Positions 19,837 to 28,430 are shown, counted from the first letter of the stretch. The stretch is DNA of 47,053 nucleotides from Chitinophagaceae bacterium (GCA_031395125.1 JANNUI010000569.1:1-47053), one strand, 5' to 3'. Translations and numbers: made by a program. Notes: a model not told the origin generated them from the sequence alone.

Positions 19837-20346
19837 TCAGGCTACTTTTTTCCTGGCGGCCTTTTTTGCCAGTTGTTGCTGGATAAAATCAGTAAAGCGG
19901 TACTGTGTCTGCACCTCCTGTGATAAATAAGCAGCGCCTCTTATTTTACCCAGGCATTTCGGGCTGCCGCAATAACAATTGAAGGATTGGGCCATTTTCC
20001 ATTCGGCAGAAGGATAGAAAAAGGTCATTTCATCCTCCTTGCCGATGTGTTTTAATGCCACTACTTCCATGGTGCTGGTATTAAAAAAAACATTGGGGTC
20101 GCAACCATGATTGATGTATTGCAGAAACTCCGGGTCCAGTGTGATGTGCTTGCGAATGCCAAGCTGAACAGTAAGAAATGTTGGCTCTGCAGAAATTGTA
20201 CCAGCTGAAAAAGAAGCGATCACATCTCCTGGCCCAAATGAACGAAGGGCAAAAAAGTGATTTTGCCCATTAGATAATTTTCTTCGCACTTCACCAACTA
20301 CATGATCGCCGATGGTGCGGTAAGCAGGGGTGGTTAATGTATCCAT
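19837..20346 (-). CDS. Stand-alone SET-domain methyltransferase with post-SET
   Basis: YINHGCDPN, EMTFFY, FNCYCGSPKCLG. Confidence 0.88.
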   Translation of the reverse strand: MDTLTTPAYRTIGDHVVGEVRRKLSNGQNHFFALRSFGPGDVIASFSAGTISAEPTFLTVQLGIRKHITLDPEFLQYINHGCDPNVFFNTSTMEVVALKHIGKEDEMTFFYPSAEWKMAQSFNCYCGSPKCLGKIRGAAYLSQEVQTQYRFTDFIQQQLAKKAARKKVA

Positions 20347-20529
20347 AAAAAGGTTAGTAAGTATAAAAATGAAGTTATAGATAAACTTTAAAGTAACAAG
20401 TTTATTTGGGTTAAATGTGAATAATTAGCCGGGGTATATTGAATAACTCTGTATGACTGCATTGATATGAATACACCGGTATAACGGTGAAAGATTATAA
20501 GCATCCGGTATGATAATGGAAGAAGGGGG

Positions 20530-23064
20530 TTATAAGTCTGTAGTTTTTTCGGGCACAATCCCCAATGAAGCCATTACTAATCTTATTTCACCAAAACTGA
20601 TACCATCCCCGAGTTGTTGCTTAACGGGGGTTATTGAATTCCCTTTGAAATCTGTAAGCGCCGCTTCGATCAGCAACAGCTTTTCCGGGCTTATCACGTC
20701 TTCAATCTTCATATCGCCCCATGCCACAAACCTGGTTAAATGCGACTCAATGGTGCTCGCCGCAAGGTTTCTTTCTTTGGCAATCTCAGCAATCGTCCTT
20801 CCTTCCTTAAACATCCGGAAGGTTTCCGCATGGGTGTCGCCTTTTTTCTTTGCCGGGCCGGTTCTTTCTTTCCTTTCCCGCTTGGGAGCCTTTTCGTGTA
20901 GTAGCGATGACAAGCCCTTATCCTCAGCATATGCAAGAATAATATCCAGGAACTGCTGCCCATACTGTTCAATCTTTACATCGCCAAAACCGCTTATCTT
21001 CCTGAGTTCTGTCAATGATTGCGGCAGGTAGCGGGCCATTTCATCAATGGTATTGCTGCCGGCCACCATATAAATGGGCCGGTCTTTGCGGGAGCAGATG
21101 CTGTCCCTTAGTTTTCTTAATTGCTGCTGCAGGACCGGGTGTGGGCTGTCTGTTCTCTTAGGGGAAGCCCCGGCATAGGCATTAACCGAAAAGGAGGGTA
21201 GTACGAAATTTTGTTTCCGGTTATGAAAGGTTTCCATATCAAATTTTCCGGAAAAGCCTTCCAGCATGAACCGCTTTATCGCCAGTTCTGCAAATACTTC
21301 TTTTATTGTTTCATTGTATTCTTTGGCATGAAGCCGGCTGTCGGTAATGGCCGGAGATTGCTGAAGAAACTGCACCAGCGAGCCGGTTTCGGAGACAAAA
21401 TAATTGGCCGCGGCTTTTATTCTCTCCTGCATCGGCTGGTTTTCTTCGGGTATTCCTTCCTGCAGAAACAATGCTCTAAGCTGTGTATGAAACTTTATTG
21501 CCGTAGCCTGTATTTGATTCGTCCGTACAAATAGATCATCCGTCCACGGTAATATTTCCGGGTTGAACGAGGCCTGGTGTTCTTCCAGGTACTCCTGTAT
21601 TTCCTTTATGCTGCTGATTGTCACATTAAAATCAAACAACGAGATCAGTACTGCTTGCTGATAATCTTTCCTGGCGGCAGCCAGTTCTTGCTGCAATTGA
21701 TTATTCGTGGCAGCCCTGTTGGAGAATTCCAGTATCCTTGTGTCCATAAAAAGGCTGCCTGGTCTCACCCGGCTTTGCAGCACCATTCCGTCAATACTTG
21801 TGCAACGGCTAAGCGCCACATACACCTGTCCGGGAGCAAACGCCTCTCCGGCATCAATAATGGCTTTATCAAAAGTTAGGCCCTGGCTTTTATGAATCGT
21901 TATGGCCCATGCCAGGCGTAAAGGATATTGTTTAAATGAACCGAGCACATCGGTTTCCAAATGACGGGTTGTTTTATTCAGTGTGTAGCGGATGTTTTCC
22001 CATTCTTCTTTTCCTACCTCGATCTCTCCGGCGCCTTCTTCGCACCGCACAAATATTTTATCGGCATCCAGGCCGGAAACAACTCCAATCTTTCCGTTAA
22101 AGAACCGCTTGCCGTTGTCTGCCGGATCATTCCTGATAAACATCACCTGCGCCCCGGTTTTCAGGTGCAATACTTCGTCGGCGGGATAAGCCCTGTCGGG
22201 GAAATCCCCCTTTATTTCTGCTTCAAAAGTGAAGACCTGGCCGCCGAGGTTGTTAAGCTCATTTACATTTATTTGCCTGGCCTTTTCGTTGTGTGTGGTA
22301 AGGATGATATAGCCGTCCTGCTTACTACGACGGAAAGTTGGGCGAAACCGGCTTTCTAAGATCCTCATTCCTTCCTCATCCAGCTCATTATTACGAACCT
22401 GGTTCAGCACGGCAATGAATTGCTCATCGCTTTGCCGGTATATTTTATTAAACTCTATGTAAAGAGGTGGCTCTTCCTCCAGTACTTTGCTGTCAAAAAA
22501 ATAATGTCCGCTGTAATATTCCGACAACAGGTTCCATTCCTGGTCCTTTACCACTGGCGGCAGCTGCAGCATATCGCCAATAAATAACACCTGCACACCG
22601 CCAAACCTCTCGTGGGGCCGGTGACGTATATGCCGAAGTACCGTGTCCATCGCGTCGAGCACATCACAGCGGACCATGCTTATCTCGTCAATCACCAGCA
22701 GCTCTAATTGCTGTAATACTTTTCGTTTGTCATTATTAAACCGTAACCGGCTTAACAAGCTATGGCGGTTGATCGTTTCTTCATTTCCCCCGGAAAAAGC
22801 AAGGCCACTTGTTTCGGGAATAAATGGCGAAAGGGGTAGTTGAAAAAAAGAATGGATGGTAACGCCGCCTGCATTGATAGCGGCCACCCCGGTGGGGGCC
22901 ACAACAGCTATCTGTTTGGGGCAGTTTTCCCGGATATATTTTAAAAAAGTTGTTTTGCCCGTACCGGCCTTGCCGGTCAGGAAGATGTTGCGGTTGGTTT
23001 GGTTGACCAGTTGTATGGCCAGCTGAAACATTTCATTATTGGTATCGGGAGAGAATATTGCCAC
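20530..23064 (-). CDS. PIF1/RecD-like SF1B helicase with HRDC and C-terminal HTH domains
   Basis: GKAGTGKT, DEISM, GDMLQLPPV, YRQ, TIHKSQG, YVALSR; HRDC (ISGFGDVKIEQYG); HTH (IAKERNLAASTIESHL). Confidence 0.92.
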   Translation of the reverse strand: MAIFSPDTNNEMFQLAIQLVNQTNRNIFLTGKAGTGKTTFLKYIRENCPKQIAVVAPTGVAAINAGGVTIHSFFQLPLSPFIPETSGLAFSGGNEETINRHSLLSRLRFNNDKRKVLQQLELLVIDEISMVRCDVLDAMDTVLRHIRHRPHERFGGVQVLFIGDMLQLPPVVKDQEWNLLSEYYSGHYFFDSKVLEEEPPLYIEFNKIYRQSDEQFIAVLNQVRNNELDEEGMRILESRFRPTFRRSKQDGYIILTTHNEKARQINVNELNNLGGQVFTFEAEIKGDFPDRAYPADEVLHLKTGAQVMFIRNDPADNGKRFFNGKIGVVSGLDADKIFVRCEEGAGEIEVGKEEWENIRYTLNKTTRHLETDVLGSFKQYPLRLAWAITIHKSQGLTFDKAIIDAGEAFAPGQVYVALSRCTSIDGMVLQSRVRPGSLFMDTRILEFSNRAATNNQLQQELAAARKDYQQAVLISLFDFNVTISSIKEIQEYLEEHQASFNPEILPWTDDLFVRTNQIQATAIKFHTQLRALFLQEGIPEENQPMQERIKAAANYFVSETGSLVQFLQQSPAITDSRLHAKEYNETIKEVFAELAIKRFMLEGFSGKFDMETFHNRKQNFVLPSFSVNAYAGASPKRTDSPHPVLQQQLRKLRDSICSRKDRPIYMVAGSNTIDEMARYLPQSLTELRKISGFGDVKIEQYGQQFLDIILAYAEDKGLSSLLHEKAPKRERKERTGPAKKKGDTHAETFRMFKEGRTIAEIAKERNLAASTIESHLTRFVAWGDMKIEDVISPEKLLLIEAALTDFKGNSITPVKQQLGDGISFGEIRLVMASLGIVPEKTTDL

Positions 23065-23076
23065 GGTAGTTTTTTT

Positions 23077-23103
23077 GCCACGAATTACACAAATGTCACG
23101 AAT
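23077..23103 (+). repeat. Family B arm, 9-nt period, downstream of the GxxExxY gene
   Basis: gccacgaat tacacaaat gtcacgaat. Confidence 0.8.
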
Positions 23104-23122
23104 AAATACAATTAAAACAGTA

Positions 23123-23500
23123 TTAGAAAATCACTCTTTTGTATTCGAGTTTTCTTTTCCCAAAATTGATGATAAGGCCAACCCGGTTTCCTGAAGCTTT
23201 AAGATAATTGATTGTTTGAGCTATGGCCTCCTCTGGTATCCCATCAGCATTTGCTTTAACTTCTACAATAATTTTATCGAACAATGTAAAGTCTGCAAAG
23301 AAGGTACGTTTCAGTTTTCGCCCTTTGTAGATGACTGGAAATTCTTTTTCTCTTACATGCTTCATTTCGTTGTCTGCAAACTCGATCTCCATAGCATCTT
23401 TGTAAACAACTTCGAGAAATCCATATCCCAGAGAATTATAAATGTTCATACAAATCCCGATAATATCATAAACTTCCTCTTTGTATAACAGGGCTGTCAT
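23123..23500 (-). CDS. GxxExxY-family protein (PD-(D/E)XK nuclease-like)
   Basis: GFLEVVY motif, FADF...IVEVKA, QTINYL, GLIINFG; 125 aa. Confidence 0.93.
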   Translation of the reverse strand: MTALLYKEEVYDIIGICMNIYNSLGYGFLEVVYKDAMEIEFADNEMKHVREKEFPVIYKGRKLKRTFFADFTLFDKIIVEVKANADGIPEEAIAQTINYLKASGNRVGLIINFGKRKLEYKRVIF

Positions 23501-23529
23501 AATTAAGCAGGATTAATTAGTTTAAAAAA

Positions 23530-23628
23530 GGCCACGAATCACACAAGCTTCACGACTAAAAGTTTCTTGCTGGAGGCAATTAATTTCTTTTAATTCCCTC
23601 ATTCGTGATATTCGTGCAATTCGTGGCC
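23530..23628. repeat. Family B inverted pair, 9-nt period, upstream of the GxxExxY gene
   Basis: ggccacgaat cacacaagc ttcacgact (23530-23557) ... attcgtgat attcgtgca attcgtggcc (23601-23628). Confidence 0.85.
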
Positions 23629-23636
23629 AAACAACC

Positions 23637-23984
23637 CTATGCTTCAGTGGCTTTTGCGCCCAGCATCAGCAACTCATTCACCTGTATCTCGGTGATGTAT
23701 TTCTTGTTGCCTTCTTTATCAATATAACTGCGGCTTATCAGCTTGCCTTCGATAGCCACTTCTTTTCCTTTGGTCAGGTATTTCTCAACGATCTCGGCCA
23801 CCTTACCCCACGCCACGAGGTTATGCCATTGCGTTTCAGTTACTTTCTCCCCTTTGGCGTTTCGGTAATCTTCATTGGTGGCTACGGAGAACCGGGCCAT
23901 CTTCTTGCCGCTTTCAAGTGTTTTTACTTCGGGTGCATTACCCAGGTTACCGATCAGTTGAACTTTGTTTTTTAATGCGTACAT
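23637..23984 (-). CDS. ssb: Single-stranded DNA-binding protein, short form lacking the acidic tail
   Basis: NKVQLIGNLG, FSVATNE, TQWHNLVAWG, KGKEVAIEGKL. Confidence 0.95.
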   Translation of the reverse strand: MYALKNKVQLIGNLGNAPEVKTLESGKKMARFSVATNEDYRNAKGEKVTETQWHNLVAWGKVAEIVEKYLTKGKEVAIEGKLISRSYIDKEGNKKYITEIQVNELLMLGAKATEA

Positions 23985-24013
23985 GGTTTTAAGTTTTAAA
24001 GTTTGATGCCTTA

Positions 24014-24036
24014 GCCCCCTTTAGGGGGTTGGGGGC
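24014..24036 (+). repeat. G-rich REP-like repeat, family A
   Basis: gccccctttagggggttgggggc. Confidence 0.85.
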
Positions 24037-24204
24037 AATTTTGTTATCTCAACCAACCGGCGACGTCAACCGGTTGACAAAACAAAGATGATGGTGCCGA
24101 GAAGCGGGAGCCGGTTTTTAACCGTTTTTTCCCGAAGCTAAGCGTGTAAAAAACGTTTGAACACGGATAAATAGTTGTATTTTAATTCCCTGAAAAATGG
24201 GGGT

Positions 24205-24588
24205 ATGGCTGTAAAAATTGCAGAGATCCGGAAATGTTTAGAGTGCGGGGCTGTATTAAAAGGCCGGGTGGACAAGAAGTTCTGCAATGATTATTGCAGG
24301 AACAACTTTAACAACCGCCAAAAGTCCATTGGCAGCCATAGCAGTCTTGTCCGCAATATCAATAACGCCCTGATGAAGAACAGGAAAGTGCTGGAGTCCG
24401 TCTTACCAAAGGGTGATGAAACCGCCAAAGCCAATAAAGACAAACTGCTCCGGCTGGGATTCCATTTCAAATACATGACACATACGTATACCACCAAGAC
24501 CGGCAAGACCTATTATTACTGCTATGATCATGGCTATCTGCCGCTGGATAACGACTGGTTTTTGATTGTAAGAAAAAAAGAGGAATAA
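24205..24588 (+). CDS. Zn-ribbon hypothetical protein common in Bacteroidota
   Basis: CLECG-x4-GRVDKKFCNDYCRNNFNN, KNRKVL, GFHFKYMTH, YYCYDHGY; start taken at ATG 24205. Confidence 0.75.
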   Translation: MAVKIAEIRKCLECGAVLKGRVDKKFCNDYCRNNFNNRQKSIGSHSSLVRNINNALMKNRKVLESVLPKGDETAKANKDKLLRLGFHFKYMTHTYTTKTGKTYYYCYDHGYLPLDNDWFLIVRKKEE

Positions 24589-24692
24589 GACCTGCCGCCC
24601 GAAAACCAATATTGCTTTGATAAAGCACAATGCAAAATGAGGGCAGGGATTGTGCTGAACTAAGCAGGAATGATATTTTTATAAAAAACTTC

Positions 24693-25271
24693 ATGTCCGA
24701 ACAGAAAGAAAAAACAGCGATCATCCTCGCCGGGGGCCAAAGCTCCCGGATGAAAGAAGACAAGGGACTGGTATATTTCAACGGGAAAATGCTGGTGAAG
24801 CATGTTATTGAAGCCATAAAAAAGATTACAGACAATATCATTATTATTACAGCCAATCCTGCTTACAAACAATTTGGTTATCCCTGCCTTGAAGACGAGA
24901 TGAATGACAAGGGCCCGCTGGGCGGTATTTATACCGGGCTTGTTCATTCGCCTGTGCAAAAAAACTTGTTCTTAGGCTGCGACATGCCCTTTCTTTCTGA
25001 AAGGCTTTTAACTGAGTTGATCGATCGCTGCGGGGAAGAAGATGTATTGCTTACCGAACACCGGGGAAAAGCAGAGCCGCTTTGCTCCGTTTACGATAGA
25101 AGCTGTATGGCCCATATCAGGCCGCTGCTTGAGAAAAATCAGCTAAAAATCACCGATGCACTGGGGGGATTAAAAACAAGAGTGATTAGTTTTGACAGGG
25201 AGGTGTGGTTCCGGGGAAATGAATTTGCCAATATCAATTCCATTGAAGAGCTTAGAAAGTATAATAGTTGA
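24693..25271 (+). CDS. mobA: Molybdenum cofactor guanylyltransferase
   Basis: ILAGGQSSRM-x2-DKG, GPLGGI, CDMPF, EPL, NINS; start taken at MSEQ. Confidence 0.92.
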   Translation: MSEQKEKTAIILAGGQSSRMKEDKGLVYFNGKMLVKHVIEAIKKITDNIIIITANPAYKQFGYPCLEDEMNDKGPLGGIYTGLVHSPVQKNLFLGCDMPFLSERLLTELIDRCGEEDVLLTEHRGKAEPLCSVYDRSCMAHIRPLLEKNQLKITDALGGLKTRVISFDREVWFRGNEFANINSIEELRKYNS

Positions 25272-25304
25272 AATTTTTAACCGCAAGCTTCTTTTTTCTT
25301 TATG

Positions 25305-25341
25305 CCTCCTCTCTCTGCGGGGAGGAGGTTTGGAGGAGAGG
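25305..25341 (+). repeat. Family A-related G-rich repeat
   Basis: cctcctctctctgcggggaggaggtttggaggagagg: hairpin plus purine-rich tail. Confidence 0.55.
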
Positions 25342-25358
25342 CTTTAAAACGATTCTGC

Positions 25359-27041
25359 TTGTCAAACAACATCAATCCAGACCTGGCGATTGCCCAGGCC
25401 GCTGCCATCCGCCACATTAAAGAGATTGCCGCCAAAACAGGTATCTCCAATGACGACCTGGAATACTATGGCAAGTACAAAGCAAAGCTCCCGTTGAAGC
25501 TGATTGATGAGGAAAAGATCAAAAAGAGCAGACTGATACTGGTAACCGCTATCAGTCCAACCCCCGCCGGTGAAGGAAAAACAACAACTTCCGTTGGTTT
25601 GTCTGATGGATTAAACAAGATCGGCAAAAAAGCAATGGCCGTTTTAAGAGAGCCTTCGCTTGGCCCCGTGTTCGGTATAAAAGGAGGGGCGGCGGGCGGC
25701 GGTCATGCGCAGGTAATACCGATGGAAGATATCAATCTCCATTTCACCGGTGATTTTACTGCGGTGGAAAAAGCCAATAATCTTTTGGCAGCACTCATTG
25801 ATAATAATATCCAGAGCAAGACCCGTAGCCTGGATATTGACCCACGCACAATACTCTGGAAAAGAGTGATGGATATGAATGACCGGTCGCTTCGGAATAT
25901 AGTTATCGGGCTTGGGGGAACCGCTAATGGGATGCCACGGTCAGATGGTTTCAATATCACTGCGGCCTCTGAAATAATGGCGATCCTTTGCATGTCGAAG
26001 GACATTGATGACCTGAAAGAACGACTGGGTAATATTTTAGTTGGTTTCTGCAAGGACAATAAACCTGTATTTGCCAGGCAACTGAACGCACATGGCGCTA
26101 TGGCAGTTCTGTTGAAAGAGGCCATCAAGCCCAACCTGGTGCAAACACTGGAAGGCAATGCGGCGATACTGCATGGCGGGCCGTTTGCCAATATTGCACA
26201 GGGCACCAATACCATTATTGCCACCAAGATGGGTATGTCGCTGGCGGATTATGTAGTTACAGAAGCCGGTTTTGGTGCCGACCTGGGCGCAGAAAAATTC
26301 ATGAATATCAAATGTGGTTACTCGGGATTAAAACCCGACGCATTAGTATTGGTGGCAACGATAAGGGCATTGCGGCATCACGGCGGCGCTAAAAAAACAG
26401 AGTACAATACCCCAAGCCTGGAGAAAGTGAAGAAAGGCTTCGAAAACCTGGAGAAGCATATTGAGAACTGCAAGAAATTTGGATTATTGCCTGTAGTAGC
26501 CATCAATCATTTCAAAACAGATTCAAAGGAAGAAATTGAATTTGTTATTACCGAATGTGCAAGGTATGGCGTAAAGGCACTCATCAGCGACTGCTGGGCA
26601 AGGGGCGGCGAGGGCATGACCGGGCTGGCACAAGCCGTAGTTGATATCATTGATAGTGGTGTCAATCATTTTAAACCACTGTACGACTGGAGCATCCCTG
26701 TTGAAGAAAAGATAATGACCATTGCCAAAGAAATTTATGGGGCAGACGATGTGGAATATTCCCCTAAAGCAAGGGATGGTTTAAAGATGATCAAAGAGCT
26801 GGGCTTTGATAAACTCCCTGTCTGTATGGCCAAGACGCAGAAATCTTTTTCAGATAACGAAAACAAGATTGGTCGTCCCCGCAATTTTATAGTCACCGTC
26901 AGGGAGTTTGAATTTGCTGCCGGGGCCGGTTTTGTCATTCCCATCCTGGGCGATATGATGCGGATGCCCGGATTGCCGGCTATTCCTGCTTCAGAGGGGA
27001 TGGATATTGATAATAACGGTAAGATTTCAGGGTTGTCGTAA
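25359..27041 (+). CDS. fhs: Formate--tetrahydrofolate ligase
   Basis: PTPAGEGKTT, REPSLGP, KGGAAGGG, INLHFTGD, HGGPFANIA, TEAGFGADLG, MPGLP; start at TTG 25359 inferred because the upstream extension is repeat-derived. Confidence 0.96.
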   Translation: MSNNINPDLAIAQAAAIRHIKEIAAKTGISNDDLEYYGKYKAKLPLKLIDEEKIKKSRLILVTAISPTPAGEGKTTTSVGLSDGLNKIGKKAMAVLREPSLGPVFGIKGGAAGGGHAQVIPMEDINLHFTGDFTAVEKANNLLAALIDNNIQSKTRSLDIDPRTILWKRVMDMNDRSLRNIVIGLGGTANGMPRSDGFNITAASEIMAILCMSKDIDDLKERLGNILVGFCKDNKPVFARQLNAHGAMAVLLKEAIKPNLVQTLEGNAAILHGGPFANIAQGTNTIIATKMGMSLADYVVTEAGFGADLGAEKFMNIKCGYSGLKPDALVLVATIRALRHHGGAKKTEYNTPSLEKVKKGFENLEKHIENCKKFGLLPVVAINHFKTDSKEEIEFVITECARYGVKALISDCWARGGEGMTGLAQAVVDIIDSGVNHFKPLYDWSIPVEEKIMTIAKEIYGADDVEYSPKARDGLKMIKELGFDKLPVCMAKTQKSFSDNENKIGRPRNFIVTVREFEFAAGAGFVIPILGDMMRMPGLPAIPASEGMDIDNNGKISGLS

Positions 27042-27050
27042 GCTTTTTTG

Positions 27051-27115
27051 AACTACAGCGGCACAGCGTCACGTAGTTACACTGTGAATCTTTGTGTCGT
27101 TGTGTCTCTGTGGTT
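27051..27115. repeat. Family B-like inverted repeat, 8-nt period
   Basis: aactacagcg gcacagcg tcacgtag ... ctttgtgt cgttgtgt ctctgtggtt. Confidence 0.7.
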
Positions 27116-27144
27116 TTATCCTTTCTATTAAGTAAATTTGGTAC

Positions 27145-28002
27145 ATGCGGTCCTCTTCTGTTGCAGCGGTTCAGATTGTGAAGATTACTTCTCCGGGAAG
27201 CACTAGCAATTCCTTTGCATCCAGTCAGGCCGAAGACCTGCTGGCCGTGGAAGAACCATTGGAGATCAGAATCGTTTATGGCGACGAAAATAACCGGCAG
27301 CAAAAGAATATTTCCATCACCATGTGCACACCCGGCCATGATGAAGAGCTGGCTACCGGTTTTTTGTTCACCGAGGGAATCATAAAAAACAAAGAAGATG
27401 TGCAACGCTGTGTTGCTGCCGGAGCAGGTGGCAATAATATTGTGATAGCTGACCTGAAACCCGGCATTTCGTTTGACCCTAAAAAGATTGAACGGCATTT
27501 TTATACTTCTTCCAGTTGCGGTGTGTGTGGTAAGTCTTCCATCGATGCGGTGAAGAATGTATTCAGTAATGCCCCTGCAAAAGATAATATCACCATCAGC
27601 GCTGCGGTTCTTACAAAACTTCCTGAATCATTACGAAAACAACAGGAAGTGTTTGAGCATACCGGCGGGCTGCATGCTTCGGCCTTATTTGATTTGAACG
27701 GAACCCTGTTGCTCACCCGTGAAGATGTGGGCAGGCACAATGCATTGGATAAATTGATTGGCGCTTCGCTGATGAAAGGAGCTCTGCCGCTTGAGACTCA
27801 TATTTTATTATTAAGCGGCCGGGCCAGTTTTGAACTGATACAGAAAGCGGCAATGGCAGGTATAAAAGTTGTCTGTGCTGTTGGGGCGCCGTCAAGTCTG
27901 GCTGTAGAGCTGGCTAAAGAATGTACTATGACGCTGGTAGGATTTTTAAGAGATGGGAGATTTAATATTTATTGCGGTGAACAAAGAATAACTAAAATGT
28001 AA
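27145..28002 (+). CDS. fdhD: Formate dehydrogenase accessory sulfurtransferase
   Basis: AVEEPL, TMCTPG, SSCGVCG, TGGLHA, EDVGRHNALDK, SGRASFEL. Confidence 0.95.
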   Translation: MRSSSVAAVQIVKITSPGSTSNSFASSQAEDLLAVEEPLEIRIVYGDENNRQQKNISITMCTPGHDEELATGFLFTEGIIKNKEDVQRCVAAGAGGNNIVIADLKPGISFDPKKIERHFYTSSSCGVCGKSSIDAVKNVFSNAPAKDNITISAAVLTKLPESLRKQQEVFEHTGGLHASALFDLNGTLLLTREDVGRHNALDKLIGASLMKGALPLETHILLLSGRASFELIQKAAMAGIKVVCAVGAPSSLAVELAKECTMTLVGFLRDGRFNIYCGEQRITKM

Positions 28003-28009
28003 TTAACAG

Positions 28010-28036
28010 CTCCTCCTTCGGAGGGGTTGGGGAGGC
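28010..28036 (+). repeat. Family A-related G-rich repeat
   Basis: ctcctccttcggaggggttggggaggc. Confidence 0.65.
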
Positions 28037-28041
28037 TACGT

Positions 28042-28413
28042 ATGAAGATCAGGATAAAAGGAAATTCAATCCGTTACCGGCTGACCAAAACGGAGGTTGC
28101 CAATTTTGGAAAGGATGGGTTTATAGAAGAGGGGACGGAGTTCGCCAGCGGGCATTCTTTTCATTACCGGTTAGAAAGAAAGGCCGGTATCAGCAACCTG
28201 GAGGCTTCCTTTTCCGGAAACAGGATCTGTATTTTTGTTCCGGATAGCATTGCCGGCGAATGGACCGCTACAGATATTGTCGGGTATGATGATAAGATGC
28301 CCATTGCTGATGGAAAGGAATTATTCCTGCTGATAGAGAAAGATTTTGTTTGCCTGGACCATACGTTTGAAGACCAGAGTGATAATTACACTAACCCAAA
28401 TAAAGTTTGTTGA
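28042..28413 (+). CDS. Conserved hypothetical protein in the FDH operon
   Basis: MKIRIKGNSIRYRL...IEKDFVCLD...YTNP; co-oriented, short gaps to neighbours. Confidence 0.75.
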   Translation: MKIRIKGNSIRYRLTKTEVANFGKDGFIEEGTEFASGHSFHYRLERKAGISNLEASFSGNRICIFVPDSIAGEWTATDIVGYDDKMPIADGKELFLLIEKDFVCLDHTFEDQSDNYTNPNKVC

Positions 28414-28430
28414 TTCAATAAAAGGTTGTC

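Noticed and set aside
20347-20529. oriC in the AT-rich spacer
   Set aside because: Only one DnaA-box-like 9-mer (TGTGAATAA) was seen, with no cluster
23077-23628. CRISPR array or IS element
   Set aside because: Units are 8-10 nt with no unique spacers; no cas gene, DDE/HUH transposase or clear target duplication is visible
25302-25358. N-terminal extension of Fhs (MPPLSAGRRFGGEA)
   Set aside because: It is a translation of the G-rich repeat; Fhs similarity starts afterwards
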